From the human T2T-CHM13v2.0 reference genome, Homo sapiens: DNA of 64,000 nt. A program made the position numbers and the translations under genes. Numbering within the stretch: the first letter of the stretch is position 1; each line of letters begins with the position of its first letter. The notes below the pieces were generated by a model that worked only from the letters and a program-made list of their open reading frames with translations, was not told where the DNA came from and made no database searches. Positions 27,006 through 43,939 of this stretch are shown in pieces. The DNA lies in assembly GCF_009914755.1 (NCBI RefSeq), contig NC_060934.1. One strand, given 5' to 3'.

Positions 27006-30000
27006 AATTGTGAATCGTGCAATTGTGAATCGTGCCGCTATAAACATACGTGTGCAAGTGTCTTTTTCATATAGTGACTTCTTTTCCTCAGGGATACCCA
27101 GTAGTGGAGTTGCTGGATCAAATGGTAGATCTACTTTTAGTTCTTTAAGGAATCTCCACACTGTTTTCCATAGTGGCTGTACTAGTTTACATTCCCACCA
27201 GCAGAGTAAAAGTGTTCCCTTTCCACCACGTACACACCAACATCTCTTATTTTTTGATTTTTAAATTATGGCCATTCTTGCAGGAGTAAGATAGCATTGC
27301 ATTGTGGTTTTGATTTGCATTTCCCTGATAATTAGTGATGTTGAGCATTTTTAATATGTTTGTTGCCCATTTGTATATCTTCTTTTGAGAGTTGTCTATT
27401 CATGTCCTTAGCCCAGTTTTTTTTGGGGGGGTAGTAGGTAACAAGGCAAATGTTTTCTATTCTTTTTTTTAAACTTTATTTTTCTATAGGTTATTGGGAC
27501 ACAGGTGGTGTTTGGTTATATGAGTAAGTTCTTTAGTGGTGATTTGTAAGCTTTTGGTGCACCCATAACCTAAGCAGTATACACTGCAGCCTATTTGTAG
27601 TCTTCTATCCCTCACCCCTCTCCCACCCTTTCCCCCAAGTCCCTAAAGTCCATTGTATCATTCTTATGCCTTTGAGTCCTCATAGCTTAGCTCCTACGTA
27701 TCAGTGAGAACATAGGATGTTTGATTTTCCATTCCTGCGTTACTTCACTTAGAATAATAGTCTCCGGTCTCATAGAGGTCGCTGCAAATACTGTTAATTC
27801 ATTCCTTTTTATTGCTGCATAGTATTCCATCATATATATTTTTTATAATATATAATATATTGAACTATATTAATTATTATATTATATATAAAAAGAGAAA
27901 AAAGAATATATAGTATATATTATTGTATATAATTATATATTATATTTTATAATTTTATATATAATTATATATTTATATATAATTATATATTATAATTATA
28001 TAATTATAATTTAATATATTAATATATTATATATTATTTTATATATTATATAATAATATATAATATATAATAAATATTATATATAATTATATATAATATA
28101 GAATATATAATTATATATATTCTATATATTCTATATATTCTATATAATATAGAATATTATATATTCTATATATATATAATTACATATATAATTATATATA
28201 TAATATATATTCTTTTTTCTTTGTCTTTTTCAGATTGGGTTAATTTGAAAGCCTTGTTTTCAAGGTCTGAAATTTTTTCTTCTACTTGTGGATTCTGTTG
28301 CTGAGACTTTTCAGTGCATTTTGCATTTCTGTGTGTCCTTCATTTCCAGAAGTTGTTATTGTCTTTTATTTATTCTATCTATTTCACAGAAGTTTTTTTC
28401 TTTTCCTATCATATATCATTTTTTTTTTATTTCATTAAGTTGGACTTCACCTTTCTCTGGTGCTTCCTTAACTAGTTTAATAGTTGACCTTCTGAATTCT
28501 TTTTCTGGCAATTCAGAGATTTCTTCTTGGTTTGGATCCATTGCTGGTGAGCTAGTGCGATGTTTTGTGGGGTGTTAATCTTGTTTTGTCATATTACCAG
28601 GATTGTTTTTTTCTGGTTCCTTCTCCTTTGAGTAGACTATGTCAGAGGGAAGATCAGGGGCTCAAGGGCTGCTCTTCAGATCTTTTGTCTCACGGGGATG
28701 CTCCCTTAATGTGGTGCTCTCCTCCTTCCCCTTGGGATGTGGTTTCCTGAGAGCCGAACTGCAGTGGTTGTTACTTCTCTTCTGGATCTAACCACCCAGC
28801 AGAGCTGCTGGGCTCCAGGCTGCTACTGGAGAGTGTCTGCACAATGTCCTGTGATGTGAACCATCTTTAGGTCTCTCAGGCATGGATACCAGCCACCTAC
28901 GGTGGAGGTGGCAGGGGAGTGAAGTGAAGTCTGTGAGAGTTCTTGGTTGTGGTTTTGTTTATTGTGCATTTTATGTTGGTTGGCCTCCAGCCGGGAGGTG
29001 GCACTTGCAAGAGAGCATCAGCTCTGGTAGTATAGGAAGGATCAGGCGGTGGGTGGGGCCATAGAGCTCCCAGGATATTATGTCTTTTGTCATCAGCTAC
29101 CAGGGTAGGTAGAGAAAGACCATCAGGTTGGGGAAAGGTTAGGTCTATCTGAGCCCAGACTTTCCTTGGGTGGGGCTTGCTGTGGCTGCTGTTGGGTATG
29201 TGGGTGTGGTTCTCAGGCCAATGGAGTTATGTTTCCAGAGATATTATGGCTGCCTCTGCTGTCATGCAGGTCTCCAGGGAAGTGGGAGAGAACCAGCAGT
29301 TTTAGGCCTTACCCAGCTCCCACGCAGCCCAAAAGGCCAGTCTCACTCCTACTGTGCCCTCTCTATAGCACTGAGTTTATTTCCAGTCAGCAAGTGAACA
29401 GGGCTGAGAACTTGCCCCAGGCTACCAGCCTCCCAGCTGAGAAAGCAGGCAGGGCTTTCACGTTTTGTGCTTCCCCACCTGCCGCAGCTTCTGTGCTGTG
29501 TCTGCACTCCCTATTCACCCTCCTATGCCAAGTTCTGTCCAGGAAACTTTGTGTTTGGTCAAAATGGTTACAGAGTTCAGCGGGAAGTTTCCTTCTCCCT
29601 GTGGGCTTTTCCCAGTTCCTCTGGCAGCCCTCCCCAAGGACTCCTGTGAGACCAATCAGAAATGGCTTCCCTGGGGACCAAGCGTGCCCACAGGGCTCTT
29701 CCTGCTGCCTCTTCTACACCTGTATTTCACTTGGCTCTCTAAATTTGTCTCAGCTCCAGGTAAGGTCAAATCCTTCTTCTGTGATCTGGACCTTCAGGTT
29801 CCCCATTGAGGGTGTGTGTTTGGGGGCAGATGATCCTTCTTTCACACTTTGGGCACTCACAGTGTTTTGGCTGTCTCCAGGCGTCTGCAGCAGCAATCTG
29901 CTTCCTTCAAAGGATCCGTGGATCCTCTGGGCTTTCCTGGTATGTTCCTGTGGTAGTTCTTGGAGCAAAAATTCATTATGTGAATCTCCACATGCTGCTC

Positions 30001-30050
30001 TGTCTGAGTGGGAGCTGCAGGTTAGTCCTGCCTCCTATCCACCATTTCTT
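27006..30050 (-). mobile_element. Fragmented, permuted L1PB1-like element (ORF2 piece 27006-27415; 3' end 27461-27835; ORF1/5' UTR 28210-30050)
   Basis: L1PB 3' end gtaagttctttagtggtgatt; 5' start ATGGTGGATAGGAGGCAGGACTAACCTGCAGCTCCCACTC on the - strand. Confidence 0.85.
27830..28210. repeat. ~380 bp AT-rich (TA)n-like low-complexity tract
   Basis: almost pure A/T with TATA periodicity. Confidence 0.95.
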
Positions 30051-31590
30051 TTTCTAGTGTCCTGGCTAGTAACTTCTGAGTGGAGTGAGGCATCATTTAC
30101 ATGTCTCTTCAACCTGAGGAGTAGACTCCTTCTGACCTTGCAGCTTCTTTTCTGAGCTCTTGCACTGAGACGGTGGCACCTGTGTACTGAGGCACTGTAA
30201 GGAGAACAGCTGCCTGCTGACTTGCTCAGCCTACAGAGTACTTGGTGCCCATTTTGACTTCCTGAACCTAAGTCTTGAACTAGCATAGCCTTTTCTAATT
30301 AATAGTACATACAATAAAAATGATTGCTTTTTGGCTGTAGTTAGCTAAAATTTCATTAGTTAAGTATTTTCGTTCTAATACACATTTTAAATTTTCTCTT
30401 ATTATACATTCCATGTAGATTAAGGGCATAAATCCAAGTAAAATAACAAGTGGACCCATGGTGTTGATTCAGCATGATTAAGTTCTATATAGAATCTTGA
30501 GACAAATTTAGAGGCCCAATTTCAGATACATAATTTCTGTGCAGTTTGTATACCAATTAGCAAGAAGATGATTGATGGTTGCTAGTCCTGTGAAACAGTA
30601 GTAGTTAGGTGGTATATGTCCTAGCGGTATATAGTTTAAGAACGAAAATTTTATCCTAAGACTTAGCCCACTTGTATCATCACTCTATACGTCATTTATT
30701 TTGGGACTGTTCTTGCCCTAAGATGACAATTTAAAAAATTATTTGTCGTTTCTTTAATTGGTACTTGTATTTATGTCACACAAAGGGCTTGAATTTGTGT
30801 GTCCATCAGTGGCATGTTAAGCCCACTTTAGCCCATATGTGATACTCAATGTTGTAAAACGTGCATTTTCTACTAAACAGTATCTATTTTGAGAGTTTGT
30901 CAGAGGAACTGATGCAGAACCAAGATGCCAGTTTTGTGTTTTTATTTCCTACATTGCTTCACTTATAACAATAATACATGATCCTCCAAATTTGCCTGAT
31001 GTTTTTCAAACTGCATTTTCTAAAAGCAGATATCTTCTGCGGGCTTTTTTTTGTTTTTTAAACTATGTATCTGTGAATACTTTTAGCTACATGTTATAAA
31101 TAACAAAAACAATTAAAAAAAGAATTGTTGCTAGTGACAACTCTAACGTCAAGGAAATTTTGTTTAGATTGGGAAAATAAAACAGGTGTTTCAGTCCTAC
31201 ATCAAGTAATTTTATTACTCTTAGTCTTGACAGACATATTGATTCTTCATGAAAAATATAAATTCTTACCATTACTTTAGAAGACTTTTTCAATATGCTA
31301 TTAAAATGTTCATAAAAAATTGACTATGAGTATCAGAACACCAAAAAGTCATACTTCAGATGTAATGTGTTTATCGGTTATTAGTCAGCTAAAGTTAAAA
31401 CTCATTTTTGAAATTTTTAAGGGAAAAGAAAAGTAGATTTTAAATCTCAAGTGTTTCTCAAGTGTTTTGTGGAAATTTTAAGACAAGGTACTTATCTATG
31501 ACCGATGATCCAGTAGACCAGGGGTCTGTTTATTAGACCACAGCCATGTCCATCCACTTACATGTTACCTATGGTTGCTTTCCTGCTATT

Positions 31591-32087
31591 CAGTAGTCCT
31601 TTCTTACCCTTGGGGGATAAATCCCAAGACCTCTAATGGATGCCTGAAATTGCAGATACCGAACCCTATGTATATTACATTTTTCCTATACAAACATACC
31701 AATGATAAAGTTTAATTTATAAATTAGGCACAGTAAGAGATTAACAATAATAATAAAATAGAACAATTATAACAATATGCCAGCATCATTACTGTGGCAC
31801 TTTGGGACCTTTATTAAGTAAGCACTGTGATAACTGATGGTCAATCTGATAATCCAGAGGGCTACTAAGGAACTAATGGGAAGTGTTCATAGTATGGATG
31901 ATTCACATCCTGGGTTGGATGGCGTAGGATTTCAACACACTATTCAAATGGGGCACAACTTAAAACTTATACATTGTTTATTTCTAGAACTTTCTATTTA
32001 ATATTTTCAGACTGTATTAAACCATGGTTTACCACGGGTAACTGAACCTACAGAAAGTGGAACCATGGATAAGCAGAGGAACAACTA
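31591..32087. mobile_element. MER44 (Tigger7 MITE), preceded by a MER58-like fragment at ~31519-31590
   Basis: cagtagtcc...ataaattaggcacagtaagagattaacaataat...ggataag. Confidence 0.75.
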
Positions 32088-32554
32088 TATCTTGAAGATT
32101 GAGCCATTATCCATCGAAATTGGTTTGACAAACTTTTAAAAAGGACAACGACCTTTTTCCATCTATTTATTTGTGTGTCTTCCAGAATATGTAATAAATA
32201 ATAAAATGGACCTTTCACGCTACATGTATAACTCCTATAGTTGTATGTTTGCCTTGGATGTATTTTCCCTCAAGATTATCAACTGTGTGTTTGACAAGTG
32301 AATATTAAGTAAATCTGTGACCATTTTTTTTTTTTTTAAAGTTGAGCTCAGAAAGAAGCAGATCCTGGCAAAGTCAGTTTTAATGAAGAGAAGATGGAGG
32401 AAAAAGCAGTGCCTGAGCGGGCACCGAAGGCACTCGAGGGCCCTGTGCTCTTTGGCAAGTATTGGCATTCACGGGAAGAAAGGAGGGTTAGATGAGAATA
32501 TACATAAGAAAGTTGCCTGTTAACACATAAAGTATCAAAATCAGATGGAAACTG

Positions 32555-32852
32555 CAGTCATCTCTTGGTTTCCTTGGTGCACTGGTTCCAGGACTCCAGC
32601 AAATGCCAAAACCTGTGGATGCTCAAGTCTCATATAAAAGGGTATATAGTATTTAGACATAACCTACACACATCCCGTTATATACTTTAATTCATCTCTA
32701 GATTATTTACAATACCAAATACAATATAAATGTGACGTGTAGTTGTTAATGCTGTGTTGTTTTAAAATTTACGTAGTTTATTTAAAAAATATTTTGATCC
32801 GTGGTTGGTTGGATGTATGGATGTGGAACCCGAGGACATGAAAGATGGACTG
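32555..32852. mobile_element. MER2 (TcMar-Tigger MITE)
   Basis: cagtc..tggttccaggac..ggatgctcaagtc..catctctagatta..gactg. Confidence 0.8.
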
Positions 32853-33138
32853 TACTTGACAGTTTGGCCTAGGGACAAGTCTGATTGTGTGTGTATTTGT
32901 ATGTCTCTGACAGCACTTTCTGCCTCATTATAGGGAGAGTTGCACAGGAAGAAATTTGGATTTAGATTTAGATTTCTTACATTGCTAGCCGCTCATTGGT
33001 GATTTCTGCTCTGGAAGATGTAAAAGGGCCTTTGGAAGATTATGTAGTTTACCTATATAGATTGCTCTTTTTACTTTATAGCAGTCTTACACAAGGAATT
33101 GTCCAATATTCATCACTAATCTGGAGCTTTTTCTAACT

Positions 33139-33313
33139 CAGTGGTTCTTAATCTTATTTACACAATAAAGTTGCCTACAAGTCTTAAAAAAAATACTAAG
33201 CCTGATTCTATCCTACACCCTCTGACTCAGTTGGTCTGGGGAGGGGGTAGGTATTAGATTATTTACAAGCACCTCTCTGATCCTAATGTGCCTCCAGGCT
33301 TCAGAGCGTCCGC
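33139..33313. mobile_element. MER5-like hAT-Charlie MITE
   Basis: cagtggttcttaa..tctgactcagttggtctgggg. Confidence 0.6.
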
Positions 33314-33919
33314 TAACTGCTAACATTGTGAGGTTATGATTGTCCACCAGATGGAGACAAAGCACTTCTCAATGAAAAAGACCCTGGACAAAACCCATTC
33401 TCTGGCCTTACATATGCAACTCCAATTTATGTAATATACTAAACAGGGCAAAAATGTGGAAAGATAGGTAAAATTGTCTTTGGTACTGTTGCTTGCCAAC
33501 CAAATAAATTCTTGCCACCACTGGGGAAGATTCCAGGAACTAATTAAAAAATAACACATGGCCAAAAATATATTTTTTCATCCAGTTACCTGAATTAGCA
33601 TGTACAAATATTTTCAAACCTTTTCCTAGTTTACTTTGATAAAATAGACCATATAAATGAGAAGTGTAATATTGTTCATATATTATAGAGTGGAAAATTT
33701 TGAAATAAGATCACTCCAAGAATTATGCAAATGGAAATCAACGTCAGCACAAGTAAATTAGCGTAAGATGTGTTGCTCACAGGATTTTAGGAAATCTGCA
33801 GATGCAATAATGTGGTTTTGATTTTTTCTGAAGTCTGAAGTACTTGATTGGCAACTCCCACTTTCATTTCTTTCATCTCATTTGTCTAGCTCTGTCATAG
33901 AAGCTGTAAAACTACAAAC

Positions 33920-34328
33920 TCCGTCTCTCTGTTCCCTTGTAGGGAGAGATGGTCAATGAGATGTAAGTGAAATCACTAAGGAGGACTTCCCTTCCTGAAT
34001 AAAATGACAATACCTCAGTACAAGAAATGTCTTTTTCCCTTGTCCCTCCACTCCCGACCTCTTGCTACTATCTTCCCGGAGACATGAAACTTAGAAGTGG
34101 AGCAGCCACCACTGTCCATGGGATGACAAGTGTGAGGACAAAAGCCAGTGTAACAAAGAAGGGCAGAATGGACAGGTGAGAGCAGCCTGGGTCCCTCTTT
34201 TATGGCAACTCTGAGCAGTTGCTATGCTGACGGGGGACTGCCTATGTTTGCACTTGCTATGAGGGGAAAAGCAACTGTTGATCAGGCTTCCTATTGTTCT
34301 CAGATAAATTTTATTCCTAACTGATCCA
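33920..34328. mobile_element. MLT1-like MaLR LTR remnant
   Basis: ggtcaatgagatgtaagtgaa..agcagcctgggtccct..attcctaactgat. Confidence 0.5.
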
Positions 34329-34992
34329 TCACTGAGAAGTTACTATATTGGCATATAGACCATAAATATATTTATAATGTTGACTTTAGACATTATCCTT
34401 TCTAAAGAAGCCCTGTGGGCTTTAGACAAAGCTAAGACTTTAGAAGTTTAAGCTTCTTTGTTGTTATTTCTAAAAAGCATGTATTAAGTGCCTAAATTGT
34501 CAATACCAGGCAATCTGCCAAGTGTTCATGCCCTAACAACATTTCCTGAGCCAAAGGCACAGTTTGACATAACACCTGATTATGGGGTGAATATTTTCAA
34601 CAGAATTGTGCTAGAAAATCCAGGCTGTCTGTTGTTCTACTTGACGCAGGCTGTGATTTCTTCAGGGTAGGCACCAGGTCAGAGCAAATACATCACTAGA
34701 AACAATAAATGAAATAGCAACAGACAACAAGGTGTTTGCATTATGACAGGCCAAATTTGATCTAAAGGGTAAACAACAAACAAAGGTATCTAATTGGAAA
34801 AAGAACTGAGAAAGGGTAAGAGTTTCACATTTTGAAAAGCAGGTTGGTAATTTGTTATTTGATGGTGAGGATATTCAGGAATGTTGCCATTCTGTGGTTC
34901 ACAGCAGGAGAATTTCATGGAAGAGGATTTCCATGAGCTCACAGGCTGTTTAAAGAACTGGAGAGAACTGAATTGGCAAATGGGGGAAAATA

Positions 34993-35030
34993 TTAGGTTG
35001 GTGCAAAAGTAATTGCAGTTTTTGCCTTTA
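34993..35030. mobile_element. MADE1 (Hsmar1 MITE) half
   Basis: ttaggttggtgcaaaagtaattgcagtttttgcc = Hsmar1 TIR. Confidence 0.85.
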
Positions 35031-35328
35031 CTTGCAATATGTTATAGGCACGTGATTCTGCCTTGGAAGGTCATAAAGACAAAAGGTTGGCCTTCCCTGG
35101 AGCAAAACATAGAAATATGTCCCCTGGGGCCGTGTCATATGCCAGTCCTGTAAGCAGCATGGGGGACAGTGATGGTCTACTTAGGTAAGGCAAAAGTGAT
35201 TGACTGAGAAGTAGAAGGAAGTAAATCTCATTAAATGTTGAATTTCACTGGGGTCTGTTTCTGACACACTTCTTACTTTTATGCATTTAACTATGTGCTG
35301 GATAACTTTCAGATTTTTATTTCTAAAC

Positions 35329-35762
35329 TGTCTTAGTCTGTTTATGTTGCTGTAGAGGAATATCTGAGACTGGGTCATTTATAAAGGAAAGAGCTTTACT
35401 TGGCTTATGGTTCTTCAGGCTGTACAAGAAGCATAGTACCTGCATCTACTTCTGGTAAGGGCTTCAGGCTGCTTCCAACCAAGGCAGAAGGTGAAGGGGA
35501 GCTTCTGTGTGCAGAGATAACATGGTGAAAAAGGAAGCGAGAGAGAGAGTGGGGAGGTGCCAGACTCTTTTTAACAACCAGCTCTGGCAGGAACTAATAG
35601 AGCTAGCACTAGAACTCACTCATTACTGTGAGGACAGGCTGCAAGACATTATTGAGGGATCTGCCCATGACCCAAACACCTCCCATTAATGGCCTCTCCT
35701 CCAACATTGGGGATCAAATTTCAACATGAAGTTTGGAGAAGTCAAATATCCAAACCATAGCA
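35329..35762 (-). mobile_element. MSTB-like MaLR solo LTR
   Basis: tgtcttagtc...ccaaaccatagca; TSD taaac/caaac. Confidence 0.85.
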
Positions 35763-36054
35763 CAAACCTAATCTTCCAAATTTTCCAGCGTTCTCTCCCT
35801 GGATTTTTGCAGTTACTTCTAATTCACCGTATCTGCAAATAAACTCATTAAAGTGTCTTTTCTTCCTGTACATTATGTTTCTCATTCTGTATTTTTGACA
35901 ACTATTTATTGAGTGCCTACACTGTGCCACTCAGTGTGCTAGGGCTGGGGATACAAGGGTGAGCAAGACCAGACCACACCCTCTTTCCTTTACTCCAACC
36001 TCCATCCTTTTCCATACTGCTTCCAGGCAGCTTTATCCAAAACTCATGTCTCAA

Positions 36055-36397
<343 letters not shown>

Positions 36398-36749
36398 TAA
36401 GGGAATATCTGAGACTGGGTAATTTAATAAAGAAAAGAACCATTTCACTTTCCTGGCTAAAGCTTTTCTAGTGATTTAGTGTTTTATGTTGTAAAGTTAC
36501 TCTAGATTTTTAGCTTAGTTGTCGTTTTCTTCTTCCTCTTGAACTTTACATTTGAGCAACATCAACCTATTCATAGTTTCTTGAGCACGCTATGGCATTT
36601 CATGATTCTGAGCCTTTGATCATTCTGTACGGTCCCTGTAGATCCACTTTCTTCTTTCATCTTTGTTTAACTCCCACTTTACTTCTGTCTCACATGCCTT
36701 TTCTGTGCTCATAGTGGTTCTTATTTACCCCATTATAGCACTCAGCACA

Positions 36750-37331
36750 TGTGGAGGAAAAGTTAAATATTAAATTTGAACTCAATTGAACGTGGACACA
36801 AACAGTAGTCACCAAGTCCTGGAACAGGTTGTGTGAGCCCCTTGAGGCATTCATTCAGCACTGTTTCAGAGAAATCTCTATTTCAATCTATTCCTATATG
36901 TTAGTTATCGAAAAACAACAAACAATCGCAAAAACAAGTTGACCTTTTTGTGCTCCTTGAGCCAAGTCGTGAAGGGCCCTCATGACTGGGCCTCATGCCA
37001 AACAACTCATTACAAAAAGAGCTAGGGTCCCAGACCATGCTGAATCTTCATGAGACCTCTCCTCGTCTGTGCATGGATGGGTGGCTGACTCTGGAGCCCA
37101 GGCTGTTGCTTCCCAGTCTGGTGATGATTCCTCCATAGTCTGGTGAATGTGTATCTATATGTTTTCCCTTCTCCCTTTCCCATTGCAATTAGCTTATTAT
37201 ATCAATTTGCTTATTATATCATTTGCTTATTGTATCTGCATTGCCATTTATGTGGGATAAAGGTTGTTTACCCTCAAAGGTATTGTGTGTGTGCCTTTTC
37301 TTTTCTCTTCACGCGTCTCCTGCACAGAATA
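36750..37331 (+). mobile_element. LTR14B-like (HERV-K14) solo LTR with TSD GCACA
   Basis: tgtggaggaaaagttaaatattaaatttgaactc start; (a)gcaca repeated at 36744-36749 and 37331-37336. Confidence 0.75.
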
Positions 37332-37956
37332 GCACATTACACTATATTTGTATATTTCACATTTGACTCCTTTTCTGAATGAGTGCACATTAAGGAGGGA
37401 GACCTTTATGTCCAGCACTATGCTTGGCAAATGGAATTTGTAATGAAGCCCATTATTGAATGGAATTGGAAGTGAAGAGATAGTTTACTTGGAAAGGAAA
37501 GTATTTTGATGCCTATGACAAGAAAGCAATGGATGATTTAAAGTTTGATTGTCCAGTTGGCACCAAAAGTTAACAGCACAAATGTTACAACTTCCTTAAA
37601 CAGACATACATTCACATCAGCGCACATCCACCTGATCCACTAAATTGTGAACATGTGCAGAGTATTATATTTAAGGTAACACTGATCAGTTATACCTTCC
37701 AATTTCAAAAGGAAATCACTCATTTTACCCTAACGTGTGGTCAGGATTATTGTGGTAATGGCTGTTTGATCCTGAGTCAGTCCATGATAGCACACCTGAG
37801 AGTATGATTTATGGGCTGAGTTTTTACAGTTCAAACTGAGAGTGAGAAATAGTCTCTTGATAGCAATACACTGAAAGCATAGATGCTACAACAGCTTCTA
37901 AGATGGAGTGTTTATGGACCCAGGTGTTTGGACAGTGGGATAAGTGCAGCTGTATT

Positions 37957-38042
37957 TGAGACATACCTATATGAAACATTTTTTGTTGTTTATCTGAAAT
38001 TCAAATTTAATTGGACATCTGGTGTTTTATCTGGCAAGTCTA
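37957..38042. mobile_element. MER53 half (hAT MITE)
   Basis: gttgtttatctgaaattcaaatttaa..ttttatctggcaa. Confidence 0.7.
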
Positions 38043-39464
38043 CATAAAATTGACTTGAAAAAACATATCCCAAATTAGGGGCTGCTTGATGTGCTAGGAA
38101 TAAATACTGTTTTTTATACAGAAAAACTTTTTTAGTTACAGCTATGCATCTCTCTTAGCTGCTATCTCTTTATGAAGTGAGAGTTTCAGATTCGATCATT
38201 TTTAGATTTTGCTCAGCTTCACAAGCTTTGAGCAAATAAAATTTTACTAGAAAGACCAATATATAAAACAGATAAGAGCTGAGTTACTTATTAAAGTTGA
38301 GTATAGGTCCTTCCCCACCCCAACGTCGAATAATGGAGCACGACCTAAAAACTCCTAGATTTCATGATTTCTAAAATTCCTTCTACTTGTAACAGTCTGT
38401 GAGTCCAAATGAACTCATTTCATAGGGAGAAATAATCTAGTTTGTGGTTAGTCATAGCCTGTTCTTTCCTATTTATAGTTGAAAAGGCTAGAGAGAGAAG
38501 GAAAGAAAAGTATTATTACCAATGAAGGTGGCATTTAGGAAGGATAAAATGGACTTATTAACTATCTTCATTTATTCAACAGACATTTGTTGAGCAGTCT
38601 CTAAAGACAAGGTAATATACTATGTACTTTGAAGGGAGAATATTAATAGCAATTTTTAGAATGACCTCTTAATTTAGTTGGTGAGCTAAAATTTGTGCAC
38701 AGGTAATTGTATCTGCTATTTTGTGAGGTTTACTATGTACTGGGTATTTTACTGCTTACAATGTTATAAAATATTTGCCTGAACATTGGTCCCACTCACA
38801 GTTCCTGTTCCTTTGCATTTGTTCTCATTGAAGCCTTACTTCCTTTCAGATTTTTTTTCCTAAAACTTACAAGGAAAGAATTCCTCTACATCTCATTTTT
38901 ATCTCTGAATCTGTCTTGGTGATATAGGACATTTCTCTTTATTAGAAGCCCTGTCTTTGTTCAACTTTAGGATGATGAAGTCATAACAAGTTTTTCTCAA
39001 ATATGCATTACTGAGACTCAATCTCCTCCAACAGTGTGATGTGTCCTCAGGTTGGCAGTCCAAGAGGTAATTTTAAACATCACTCTTATTTTCACCCATT
39101 CACATGCTGAGGCTGTTACCAGGCCTGCCATTTCTTGCTCTGCAGGAGTCCCCATATTTTCTCCTTTCTTCTTTTTCTGCCATGCCTAATTTCTCATCTA
39201 AGTTCTGGTTGTTTAACACCTACCTTATTGCTATTTTCTTTTATCCTTCCCTTTAATATTTTACATGACTCAGCATAAGTTCTCCTTAGGAACCCCTAGA
39301 CTCATAGCAAAGCTGTTTGAACCCACTGCTTTGTCTTCGTGTTCCTGCCACTGACAATTCTGAGGTGCACGTTTGAACAAATATCAACATTTTGACACAG
39401 CTTTAAAAGATCAGTTATTTTTCATTCTCTTTTGGTTTTTAAAAAACATTTTTCTGAAGATGTC

Positions 39465-40843
39465 AGACAGATGATGGCATAGGAAACTGAACCGCACATT
39501 CCTCCACAGAAACACTGATAAAAGAATGATGTTGATACAAAAATACCTTGAAGAAATTCAGAACCCAACTAAAAAGCAGAAGCACTCGACAGGAGCATAA
39601 ACAGAGAGCAGTAACATTTATCTGGTTAAGAAGAGCAATTTCACGTTACCCACATCAGTTACTTCTGCAAACTGCCTTAGCTAAACACTGAGAAGATACC
39701 TCAGCCCAAGATTTCTCCTGTGGGGCAGGGGATTTGTTTGGAGGGTGAGCCTGGCTGTTTGGCCTTCTGGCCTCTCAGAGCACCCTCTATAAGGCCAGTT
39801 TTCATTTTGCATCAGAGTAAGCACTGGATGATCTCTAGAGCCTGGTTCCCTGAGAGAGTGAGCCCTTTACACCTGATACTGCTCTTTAAGATTAGGAATA
39901 GGCACAGAACTGATATTTTTCCTCCACAAAGGAGGGAAGGAAGTGAAGGGGGTCTATCTGCAGCATCTCAGGTTGCCCTCTATGGAGCTGGTTTCCATCT
40001 CTTCATAGCAAATCCTGAATGTGACAGATCTCAGCCTCCTGGGACAATTAGTAACTAAGAAAAGGGGCTGGCATCTCTTAAAGCCAGAACTATTCTGGTT
40101 ATTGGGAAAAACCATAAACGAGGCTTTTCCTTTAGGTGGGAGGGAAGGGAGTGAAGAGACCCTTGCTTTAGTCTTGCAATGCACTCCCTCAGTGGTCAGT
40201 CACCATGTTGCTTCAAATTAAGCACTGAACTGGTAAAGCTCTCGCCCGATCAAAATTTGTCCATAAAGACTGAGAGAAGTATCTGCTTCTTCAAATATTT
40301 AGACAACAATGCAAACCTATAAGAAATGTGAAGAATCAGGAAAATATGACAATCAAAGGAACAAAGTGAATCTCTAGTAACCAATCCAAAAGAAATGGAG
40401 ATCTGTGAATTACATGATAAAGAATTCAAAAATACTCATCTTACAGAAGGTCAGTGAGTTACAAGAGAACACAGATAAACTACTAAATGAAATCAGGAAA
40501 ACAAGTAATAAACAAAAGAAGAAGTTCAAGAGAAAAGATAGAAACAATGCAAAGAACCAAACAGAAATTCTGCAGCTGAAGACAATGACTGAACTAAAAA
40601 TTCACTAGTGAGATTCAAAAGCAGACTTGATCAAGCAGAAGAAATAATCAGTGAACAAGACAGGTCATTTTAAATTATCCAGTCAGAGGAGCAAAAAGAA
40701 AAAGAGTGAAGAAAGCCAAAGAGACTTATGGGATACCATCAGGTGAACCAATATGAGTATTAAGAGAGTCCTAGAGGGTGAAGAGAGAAAGGGGAAAAAA
40801 ACCTGTCCAAAGGAATAATGGCTGAAAATCCTGAATTTTATTG
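39465..40843 (+). mobile_element. Old L1M 5' UTR and ORF1 start
   Basis: ORF1-like peptide remnants (KNSKILILQKVSELQENTDK). Confidence 0.7.
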
Positions 40844-40884
40844 TATATATGTGTATACATATGTATATAAAAATACACACACAT

Positions 40885-43902
<3,018 letters not shown>

Positions 43903-43939
43903 TATATGTATACACACACATACAGACACTATTTATTAA

